From assembly GCA_051294375.1 (NCBI GenBank), contig CM119263.1, positions 2,907,358-2,915,887 on the forward strand: a DNA stretch of 8,530 bases. The letters are read 5' to 3'. The notes below the pieces were generated by a model. The model was not told the DNA's origin, ran no database searches, and was given only the letters and a program-made list of their open reading frames with translations. The translations under genes and the position numbers were made by a program. Within the stretch, counting starts at the first letter, position 1. The number at the start of each line of letters is the position of its first letter. Below, piece by piece: positions 1-8,215 of this stretch. This DNA comes from Paraspadella gotoi (taxonomy: Eukaryota > Animalia > Chaetognatha).

Positions 1-16
1 TCTCTCTCTCTCTCTC
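1..16. repeat. (TC)n microsatellite, truncated at window edge
   Basis: tctctctctctctctc at window start. Confidence 0.9.
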
Positions 17-125
17 ACTTTCCATCCCACTCTCTCTTTTAACTGGAAATTCCTCACGGAAAAGAAAAAAGGAATTCCATCGCTTTCAGGTCGTTGGTCT
101 CAATAAAAAAGCGACGTGGGGTTTA

Positions 126-159
126 ATTATGGCACCAGGAAACCGTTGATTATGGCACC
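126..159 (+). repeat. 11-bp direct repeat ATTATGGCACC x2
   Basis: Exact copies at 126-136 and 149-159. Confidence 0.75.
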
Positions 160-731
160 GTAAAACACCATGTACTTGGAAAGCAATGTTTAGTTAGACG
201 GCGATGGGGCGTAGAAGTCTAAAGGTAAGTAAGGTGAGAAAACGTTTTAAAATAAAAAAAGTAAGTTTAAATTTGAAGTTTAGGCGAAAACTCGCTGAGA
301 AGAATTTCCCTTCAAAGTCACCACGATTGTTCGTAACATTTCACAATTCACCACTTAAAGACGAATGGTAGGTCCCTAGGTCGGTCTGTCAATACTTTTA
401 TTTAGACTTTTATCTCTAAGTCACTAAACCTTTTTGGTGAAAGGGCATTCGAAACGAATTGTAAAAATCGTAATGATAAGAAAAAGTAAAATTTGTGTTT
501 GCTTTTTTAAATTATTCAGTATACGTAGACGCTATTCCAGACGGTCAAATAATAAGTTCACTAAATTTTAAAAATTGCGATGCTCATTTGTTTCCTAATT
601 AACCCCAAAAAAATCCTCGGCGAGATGTCGCTTGTTAAACTCCAATTAGCGAACTTGGTCGTATCTCGTCGCCATCCATCGTTTTCTTTCCACTTTGAAC
701 GACGATGGCGACTCATGAATATGCAGCCAAC

Positions 732-886
732 NNNNNNNNNNNNNNNNNNNNNNNNNNNNNNNNNNNNNNNNNNNNNNNNNNNNNNNNNNNNNNNNNNNNN
801 NNNNNNNNNNNNNNNNNNNNNNNNNNNNNNNNNNNNNNNNNNNNNNNNNNNNNNNNNNNNNNNNNNNNNNNNNNNNNNNNNNNNNN
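732..886. other. Assembly gap or hard-masked segment (155 N)
   Basis: Run of N. Confidence 0.95.
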
Positions 887-988
887 AAACGGAAAAAAGA
901 GTTGGGGGAAGGAAAATCCTTTCTTTTTCGCGATAATTTCAATCTACGAAAACACTCTCTTGTCATTTATTCTAATTCTTTATCAGTT

Positions 989-1356
989 NNNNNNNNNNNN
1001 NNNNNNNNNNNNNNNNNNNNNNNNNNNNNNNNNNNNNNNNNNNNNNNNNNNNNNNNNNNNNNNNNNNNNNNNNNNNNNNNNNNNNNNNNNNNNNNNNNNN
1101 NNNNNNNNNNNNNNNNNNNNNNNNNNNNNNNNNNNNNNNNNNNNNNNNNNNNNNNNNNNNNNNNNNNNNNNNNNNNNNNNNNNNNNNNNNNNNNNNNNNN
1201 NNNNNNNNNNNNNNNNNNNNNNNNNNNNNNNNNNNNNNNNNNNNNNNNNNNNNNNNNNNNNNNNNNNNNNNNNNNNNNNNNNNNNNNNNNNNNNNNNNNN
1301 NNNNNNNNNNNNNNNNNNNNNNNNNNNNNNNNNNNNNNNNNNNNNNNNNNNNNNNN
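989..1356. other. Assembly gap or hard-masked segment (368 N)
   Basis: Run of N. Confidence 0.95.
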
Positions 1357-1417
1357 TTTACAAATGCGATTTTTCAAATGAAATTTACAATTTAACAATA
1401 AATATATCAATATATAT

Positions 1418-1427
1418 NNNNNNNNNN
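1418..1427. other. Assembly gap or hard-masked segment (10 N)
   Basis: Run of N. Confidence 0.95.
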
Positions 1428-1467
1428 AACGATTTTTATTTTAAATTTTATTTAAATAAAAATCGTT
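1428..1467. repeat. 14-bp perfect inverted repeat (AT-rich hairpin)
   Basis: AACGATTTTTATTT (1428-1441) and AAATAAAAATCGTT (1454-1467), 12-nt spacer. Confidence 0.75.
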
Positions 1468-1976
1468 GTTAAATATCTCTTCAAACTTTGTTCTAAACCA
1501 AATCACAACGAAACAGAAAGGAAAAAAAAACACAATATGATATATTATATAATATATATATATTGATATTTTAAAGTCTAATATAGTAAAACAAGTAATC
1601 TTGAAATTTTTCATATATATATTTACGGGTAAACAGAATCTGTTTTTGATATTTAATTGTATACACATTAATTACGTGGAATAAACGTAAATCTGTGAAA
1701 ATTAAGCTTTTAGATAATAAGTTTCAAAATTCGCGTCAGAAAATAAAAAATTATGAATGGATGAAGTTGGTAATTAATGACAAATATTAATAAAGTTGTT
1801 AAGGTAAATGTACTCGAAGACAAAAAGTTGAAGGAAAAAAATTATCATTTTTTCCTCGTTAGAAATTTTTTCAACTCTCTCTCTCTCTGGAAAAAAAATA
1901 CTGAAGCGAATATGGGAGGCGAAAAAAAAAGTAACGACAGAAAAAACTTTCACCTGACGACAAATGAGATTGAGAG

Positions 1977-2129
1977 NNNNNNNNNNNNNNNNNNNNNNNN
2001 NNNNNNNNNNNNNNNNNNNNNNNNNNNNNNNNNNNNNNNNNNNNNNNNNNNNNNNNNNNNNNNNNNNNNNNNNNNNNNNNNNNNNNNNNNNNNNNNNNNN
2101 NNNNNNNNNNNNNNNNNNNNNNNNNNNNN
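1977..2129. other. Assembly gap or hard-masked segment (153 N)
   Basis: Run of N, preceded by gagag. Confidence 0.95.
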
Positions 2130-2395
2130 AAAATGACGAGTGACAAAAAAATAAAAAAAAGATGGAGATTAGGAAAAGGGAGAAGAAAAGATATTAAGAC
2201 GAAGAAAAAGAAGGAAATTGGAACGAGAAAATAATAGAGATCCTAAAAAAAAAGAAATTAGAACAGAAAAAAAATGCATAAAGAACAAAAATGGGAACAA
2301 TGAATGAGAAATTTGCGGAGGGAGGGATCGCGTGAGCCGACGTGAAGTCTCACAAAATAGTCAGAGTGAGTTAAGGAGAGAAATAACTCACAATT

Positions 2396-2399
<4 letters not shown>

Positions 2400-2428
<29 letters not shown>
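2400..2428. repeat. (CT)n microsatellite
   Basis: About 14 perfect CT units. Confidence 0.95.
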
Positions 2429-2431
<3 letters not shown>

Positions 2432-3040
2432 AAAGCGAGAGACCGACAGACCGAGGGAGCGACAACTTTTGTCAGCTGTCAACATTGGGGCGAAAAGAAG
2501 TCTGAAGATGAGAGGAAGAGATTTTTGCTTTCGTCAGATTCCCTGTGGAACGTGATATCGCTGTCCCGAAGAAAAATACGAAAATGTAGTTTTCGGGAAT
2601 TATTTAGGCAACATTTTTGCTATTAGTTAGTTATATATCAAAATTACATCATCAATTGAAAATTGATAAATTAGAATCTTAAAATCATTAATTCAAAAGT
2701 TGCTGGTTTTCGCTGATTGGAAACAAATGATCAATGAAATACTTTTTTGACTCTCAACGAAACTAAGAATTTTTGTCGCTGATCGAATCACATCATGGCC
2801 AGATTAATAATTAAGGACAACAAAATATTTATATTACTTTGGTGTCATACATTAATCCATTCGTTCAAATCCGAATTCTAACATTTTTTGGATCTGGATC
2901 ATGTGAAATGGTCGCGTGGTCCTTGGTCACGATAATTTTTCATCGCTGTATTATTATGATTGGAGCTCGTATTCCACGTCCAAGAGCCATTCTTCGCCCC
3001 CCCGTCCTTCACTGCCCGCAGCTTACGCCCTCAGACCCCT

Positions 3041-3214
3041 NNNNNNNNNNNNNNNNNNNNNNNNNNNNNNNNNNNNNNNNNNNNNNNNNNNNNNNNNNNN
3101 NNNNNNNNNNNNNNNNNNNNNNNNNNNNNNNNNNNNNNNNNNNNNNNNNNNNNNNNNNNNNNNNNNNNNNNNNNNNNNNNNNNNNNNNNNNNNNNNNNNN
3201 NNNNNNNNNNNNNN
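3041..3214. other. Assembly gap or hard-masked segment (174 N)
   Basis: Run of N. Confidence 0.95.
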
Positions 3215-3452
3215 CCATCGTCCACAGGTCGTAAGAGAAGAGAACGACATCGAAACCGACATTGAATCCGCGACCGACATGTCGGCCGCGTTCTCTCCGA
3301 ACTTGTCGGTTCCGTTCCCCCGGAACTCGGATCATGCGAGGAGCGTCGTCCGTGCCAACCATTCCGAGAGACGTTCCCCACCGAACGCAGCCATTCCTCA
3401 CTTTTTGTTTTTGGAGATGCTGCGCCGCATCTCGAAAAGGAAACTTTTTTAG
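3215..3452 (+). CDS. Candidate coding exon of an unidentified gene, possibly terminal (HRPQVVREENDIETDIESATDMSAAFSPNLSVPFPRNSDHARSVVRANHSERRSPPNAAIPHFLFLEMLRRISKRKLF*)
   Basis: GC-rich island in AT-rich DNA. The frame has many C/G-ending codons and ends in TAG at 3450-3452. The same nominal frame is open before the gap (2916-3040). No homology recognised and the 5' boundary is unknown. Confidence 0.3.
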
Positions 3453-3949
3453 GTCGATCGATCACTCGAATTATTACAAAATCAAGCGATGATTAAAAAC
3501 AGTTCATAATTAGACTTATAATTAAGTCCAAAGGCAAAGTAAGACTCCGATATCGAATTCACGGCCGTCGGACGTCGAGCCACTTTTCTCCCTCTACGGT
3601 CACGCCTACACGCAGCGACGACCGTAAATACCAAAGTTAAATATTAATATTTATAAATTGAAATATAAAACATCTCATTATTATTAATTTTAGTTTCATT
3701 ATCGTTAATAATATTTTTAGTATGTTGTTCATTTTTAGAACTTGGCGCCGCATCGTTGAGTCTTTTCGCGTTTACGACTCTGATCTCTTTTCGTCGTCAA
3801 CCTGAAGACGTTTCCAAGGAAACAGAAACCTGTTTTTTTCGTCTTATTTTCCATCCGAAGAATAAATTGGTCCCATTTTCACGTTCAGTTTTCACGGCGT
3901 CCTGCTGTGACCGAGCGAAACGTCGGAAAGGCTTGTGAACGTATGGATT

Positions 3950-4170
3950 GAGATAGTAGAGACAGACAGAAAAAGAGGATAGAAGGAATGGGGATAGAGA
4001 TAGAGATATGGATTGAGAGAGGAGGACAGAGGCTGGGACAAACAATAAATGGATGAAAGAGATAGTGTTAAAGATAGAGATGCGGATAAAGACAGATGCA
4101 GGTAGAAAGATTAAAAAGATAGTATTAAAGGCTGAGAGAGACAAAAAGACAGAGACAGCGAAAAACAAGA
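3950..4170. repeat. Degenerate purine-rich (GATA/GACA/GA)n low-complexity tract
   Basis: Recurring gatagaga, gacagaga and aaagatag motifs. Confidence 0.75.
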
Positions 4171-4318
4171 GTCAATTCTCCGTCTCCTTTACGATCTTGG
4201 TCGTGACTTTCGTTTGTTTATTTTTTTATGACGCGTCGCCTGGTGACGCAGAGTCTTGACGTCATCCGTTGCCACAGAGGTCGCCTCCAACGAATCCAAC
4301 GCCTCATATAATTTTTCT

Positions 4319-4543
4319 TCATCGTAAATTCCGTTTGATGTCGCGGGAATCGAACGAGAAGACCCGGTTGCGATCCACCGCGCCACCGGGATCTCCGTTG
4401 CTCTTTTGTTTATGCTTAGATTTATGAATATTCGGAGGAGCGCCGCTTACCCGAGGTTGCGGCGCTTTGCATTCTCTGACAAAGTCGTTATAGGCGCGGA
4501 ACGGTGAGGGGACCGCGGGTTCCTTGTCGACGCGGTGAGGGAG
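4319..4543 (-). CDS. Candidate spliced coding exon of an unidentified gene (LPHRVDKEPAVPSPFRAYNDFVRECKAPQPR[VSGAPPNIHKSKHKQKSNGDPGGAVDRNRVFSFDSRDIKRNLR*])
   Basis: On the minus strand a long CT polypyrimidine tract ends in AG (4545-4544), followed at once by 74 open codons to TGA (4321-4319). An internal CGG|GTAAGC donor at 4451/4450 would give a 93-nt phase-0 exon. It is absent from the ORF track because it has no early start codon. Confidence 0.4.
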   Translation of the reverse strand, partial: LPHRVDKEPAVPSPFRAYNDFVRECKAPQPRVSGAPPNIHKSKHKQKSNGDPGGAVDRNRVFSFDSRDIKRNLR

Positions 4544-4547
4544 CTTT

Positions 4548-4661
4548 AGAGAGAGAGAGAAGGAAAGAGAGACGAAGAAAGAACCGAGAGACGAGAGAGA
4601 GAGAGATGGAGAGAGAGATTAGAGAGATGAGAGATGAGAGAGAGAGATGAGAGAGAGAGAG
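4548..4661. repeat. Imperfect (GA)n microsatellite
   Basis: Interrupted gagaga runs. Confidence 0.9.
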
Positions 4662-4914
4662 GCCTCCCCCACTTTCGAAAAGTTCGTGAAAACGTGACGA
4701 AAACTCGATAACAAGTCGAGGATTTCCGAGAAAATAAATAATGAGAGGCGAAGCTGTGGATGGTTTTAAGTGCACTTAGGATTATCACGTTATATACCGT
4801 TATTTCTTAATATTATTCTTTTAATTATGTATAAAATATGCAAGTATTTAATAAATAAATGAAATGTAGAGGTAAGACGTAAAATTTATGGTTTACAGGT
4901 AAATGTACTTCTAT

Positions 4915-4918
4915 TCTC

Positions 4919-5016
<98 letters not shown>

Positions 5017-5019
5017 CTC
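4915..5019. repeat. Long (CT)n microsatellite
   Basis: About 100 bp of nearly perfect CT repeat. Confidence 0.97.
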
Positions 5020-5069
5020 ATTCCCACTCTCTAAAACTTGAACGAACAAGCCAAAAAAGTTTCGATTTC

Positions 5070-5290
5070 TAAATCCGCGCGGAAAAGAGAGAGAGAAAAA
5101 AAAAATCGCGAATGGTTTTTGGGTCGAGTAGCTGGAGATCACGTGAACGGATGGTGGGTTACGCGCAGACGGGCGTGGAGGGGATAGTGGGCGAGGGTAG
5201 TCAGTGGAGTTGGGAGGCGTGGCTCGATTTAGGCGGAATTGGGTATAGATAAAGAGAGTGGGGGGGGGTGGGGGAGGACCCTCGCTGCAG
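5070..5290. promoter_or_regulatory. GC-rich promoter-like segment (E-box, GC-box-like sites, G-quadruplex motif)
   Basis: TCACGTGA 5139-5146; GGGCGTGG 5171-5178; G3N6G4N5G3N3G3 5171-5197; G9-T-G5 run 5260-5274. Confidence 0.3.
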
Positions 5291-5372
5291 ATAATCAAAA
5301 TCGGGCAGACGGAAGCTGAAGAGAGAAGGAGGCAAAGATAGAAATCGGCAGAGTAAACATAAACAAGATAGA

Positions 5373-5398
5373 AGGAGGAGGAGGAGGAGGAGGAGGAG
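5373..5398. repeat. (AGG)n microsatellite
   Basis: About 8 perfect AGG units. Confidence 0.95.
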
Positions 5399-5661
5399 TC
5401 AAGAAAAAAAACCGCCTTCGCAGGTTCTCGTCAAACATAAGATGGAGTTCGGAGATTGGAGGAAGATGAAGAGAGAGAAAAATTAGTTGATAAAGAAGAT
5501 GAATGAAAAAATTTTTGACGAAGGAAGATGAAAAGGTTAACGATAAAAACAGTTTAATGGAGGAAGATTAAAAAGTCGGAAGAATATTACAGGGCTCGCT
5601 TTTCTTATATAGTGTTCCATTTCTGTTCATTTATACTAAAATTTTAGTTTAAATTTAATAT

Positions 5662-5778
5662 TTAACCTAAATCCCTAACTCAAATCATAAACCAAGACCC
5701 TTCCCTTAATCCTTAACCTAATCTCTAACCTAATCTCTAACCTAATCTTTAACCCTAACCTATAACCTAATCTTTAAT
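5662..5778. repeat. Degenerate CCTAA/CCCTAA-type repeat with 12-bp unit TAACCTAATCTY
   Basis: Units at 5714-5725, 5726-5737, 5738-5749 and 5763-5774, plus scattered ccctaa/cctaa. Confidence 0.8.
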
Positions 5779-5915
5779 CAAAAAGTTTTACTTAATTCCG
5801 AATTTAAGTTAAAATGGGGCGTTCTGGGAAAAAAAGGCCGATTACAACTTTGAGACTCAGATGTAATTGTAAAGATAAAAGAAAAAAGAAAGACGAAAAA
5901 AAATGTATGAAAAAT

Positions 5916-5955
5916 GAAGAAGAAGAAGAAGAAGAAAGAAAAAGAAGAAGATGAA
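5916..5955. repeat. (GAA)n microsatellite
   Basis: gaagaagaagaagaagaagaa followed by degenerate units. Confidence 0.9.
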
Positions 5956-6053
5956 CCCAAGAGAAAAAAATTGGACGCAGATGAAAAATGGAATCGAAGA
6001 AGAATAACGAATCACGAAGAGAAGAGGATATCATACTTCATATGGAGGGGCCA

Positions 6054-6320
6054 TGGGGAGAAAGGGAGGAAAGGAGGAAAGGAGGGATGGAGAGATGGAG
6101 GGATGGGAGGAGAAAGGGAGGAAGGAAAAAACGGAGGGAGGGAGGAAGAGAGTAAAGGAGAAAAGGAGGGAAAAAGGAAGGGAAGGAGGAAGGGAGGGAA
6201 AAAGGAAGGGAAGGAAGAAGGGTGGGAGGAAGAGAGTAAGGGAGGAAAAGAGGGAGGGAAGGAGGGATGAAAGGAGGAAAGGAGGAAGGAAGAAAGGAAG
6301 GAAAAAAGGAAGGAAGGAGA
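6054..6320. repeat. Polypurine (GGA/GGAA/GGGA) low-complexity tract
   Basis: About 270 bp almost entirely G/A, including an internal duplication of GGGAGGAAGAGAGTAA. Confidence 0.92.
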
Positions 6321-6477
6321 GCAAAGTGAGTAAAGTTTTTACTCTCTTTTTTTTTGCCGAACAATAAGTTTATTCATACGATTTTTAGACATAATCAAAA
6401 TAGGATTTGTATGAATTTGTATGTCGATAAATGCACAAAATCAAACGAATTTTATGGAGAATTATTACTTTTTCGAA

Positions 6478-6553
6478 TGTAAACAAACAAAATAGAGTCG
6501 AAATTCGCGCCAAAGTCAAAGACGCCATCTTTAATCTTGTGACGTCAAAATGG
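6478..6553. promoter_or_regulatory. Cluster of transcription-factor-like motifs (Fox, E2F, YY1/Pho, CRE)
   Basis: TGTAAACA from 6478; TTTGGCGC on the minus strand 6507-6514; CGCCATCTT 6523-6531; TGACGTCA 6540-6547. Confidence 0.3.
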
Positions 6554-7102
6554 AGATTCAAAATTTCGACTTCTCCCTAAATCTTTCTTGTCAATAAATC
6601 CGACCCGGATTTAAAAGGATTTAATGAGAGGAATTTTGAGCTGCGAGTTCGCTTTAATATTTGGTAAAACGTTAAAAGAATTATTTCCTAGCTTTAATTA
6701 TCAAAAATATTACTTTTTAATATAGTATGTATTTATCTTATTATACGTAAACAATGATTCTGGTTTGGATATTTCCGTTCTCATCAGCCACAACAAAAGA
6801 CAAACAACAACAACAGAGTCGACATTCAACATTTTTATTCACGCGAATCGAAAATCGATGTTTGAAACGAAAACTAAAAGGAGAGACAGAATAAAACACA
6901 AAAGGCTAAACGAGAGTTTAACTGTCGCGCTTCTATATTGGTTTTAATTTCTGTACTTGCGTAATTATAATCTTACTATTTTAAACTTTTTAAGCTATTT
7001 TATTATAATATTTGATTTTCATATTCTTCATTCATCTTTTATATTCAATATAAAAATAAACAAACAAACAAAGTTTTCATACTATTAATACCTCTTTACC
7101 AA

Positions 7103-7753
7103 NNNNNNNNNNNNNNNNNNNNNNNNNNNNNNNNNNNNNNNNNNNNNNNNNNNNNNNNNNNNNNNNNNNNNNNNNNNNNNNNNNNNNNNNNNNNNNNNNN
7201 NNNNNNNNNNNNNNNNNNNNNNNNNNNNNNNNNNNNNNNNNNNNNNNNNNNNNNNNNNNNNNNNNNNNNNNNNNNNNNNNNNNNNNNNNNNNNNNNNNNN
7301 NNNNNNNNNNNNNNNNNNNNNNNNNNNNNNNNNNNNNNNNNNNNNNNNNNNNNNNNNNNNNNNNNNNNNNNNNNNNNNNNNNNNNNNNNNNNNNNNNNNN
7401 NNNNNNNNNNNNNNNNNNNNNNNNNNNNNNNNNNNNNNNNNNNNNNNNNNNNNNNNNNNNNNNNNNNNNNNNNNNNNNNNNNNNNNNNNNNNNNNNNNNN
7501 NNNNNNNNNNNNNNNNNNNNNNNNNNNNNNNNNNNNNNNNNNNNNNNNNNNNNNNNNNNNNNNNNNNNNNNNNNNNNNNNNNNNNNNNNNNNNNNNNNNN
7601 NNNNNNNNNNNNNNNNNNNNNNNNNNNNNNNNNNNNNNNNNNNNNNNNNNNNNNNNNNNNNNNNNNNNNNNNNNNNNNNNNNNNNNNNNNNNNNNNNNNN
7701 NNNNNNNNNNNNNNNNNNNNNNNNNNNNNNNNNNNNNNNNNNNNNNNNNNNNN
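7103..7753. other. Assembly gap or hard-masked segment (651 N)
   Basis: Run of N. Confidence 0.95.
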
Positions 7754-7754
7754 C

Positions 7755-7818
7755 GCCTGATTAACGTGATACGGCCTGATGAGCACGATAGCGCCTGATC
7801 CACGCCATATAACCAGAT
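7755..7818 (+). repeat. End of a 19-bp-period tandem array (GCCTGAT core)
   Basis: GCCTGAT at 7755, 7774 and 7793, and degenerate ACCAGAT at 7812, with exact 19-bp spacing. Confidence 0.7.
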
Positions 7819-7903
7819 TGAATTTTAATATAAAGTTTTCCGATTAATGACGTCGGACTTATTCGAGTCATAATTTTAGGGAGATGTTGTCCGTATATCG
7901 ACT

Positions 7904-7925
7904 ATCTCTCAATCTCTCTCTCTCT
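7904..7925. repeat. Short imperfect (TC)n microsatellite abutting the element
   Basis: atctctcaatctctctctctct. Confidence 0.8.
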
Positions 7926-8019
7926 GGAACACTAGGCCTGGGATGGTGTGTTCCCCCTCTGAGCCAATGGATTTGGCTGTAGGATGGTGGACGTGAGGCG
8001 GTGTGAATATACCGCCACA
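7925..8019 (+). repeat. Left terminal direct repeat (95 bp)
   Basis: 92/95 identical to 8410-8504; differences at 7935/8420, 7980/8465 and 8001/8486. Confidence 0.95.
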
Positions 8020-8118
8020 GGATCCCCGGGCCAAGACATCACTCAGGTTCCTCAAGCCTGAGAGGTGTCTGACAAGACTGTTACCATAGTGGGAGAGGGA
8101 GAGAGCGCGAGTTGTGGG

Positions 8119-8215
8119 GGCATAGGCGTTTTGTCGTAGCGTACCCCAGCGGCATAGGCGTTTTTCGTAGCGTACCCGAAGTCGGCAGGGCATAGGCATT
8201 TATCATAGCGTACCC
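8119..8215 (+). repeat. Three tandem 27-28-nt modules GGCATAGGCRTTT..TCRTAGCGTACCC
   Basis: Copies at 8119-8146, 8151-8177 and 8189-8215. Confidence 0.93.

Noticed and set aside
580-1472. ORFs 580..936, 646..966, 705..1472, 902..1381 and 967..1410
   Set aside because: They are long only because N-runs contain no stops; the flanking residues are not protein-like.
4488-5298. ORFs containing LS or ER dipeptide runs
   Set aside because: Produced by (CT)n/(GA)n microsatellites.
5778-6367. K/E/G/R-rich and F/L/S/P-rich ORFs
   Set aside because: These are translations of GAA and GGA low-complexity tracts, open in several frames on both strands.
6760-6796. Possible hammerhead ribozyme on the minus strand (CTGATGA-gaacg-GAAA-tatc)
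   Set aside because: The core words are present, but stem II cannot close properly and stem I lacks complementarity.
7776-7800. CTGATGAG as a hammerhead core
   Set aside because: No downstream GAAA and stem II; it is one unit of the 19-bp array.
7085-7803. 233-aa and 235-aa minus-strand ORFs
   Set aside because: Almost entirely X from the 651-N gap.
8034-8070. Twister-like loop GTTCCTCAAGC
   Set aside because: Lacks the UAA cleavage-site loop and the pseudoknot partners; it is explained as a simple hairpin.
8119-8215. CRISPR array interpretation of the three 27-28-nt repeats
   Set aside because: Spacers are only 4 and 11 nt, there are no cas genes, and the context is eukaryotic.
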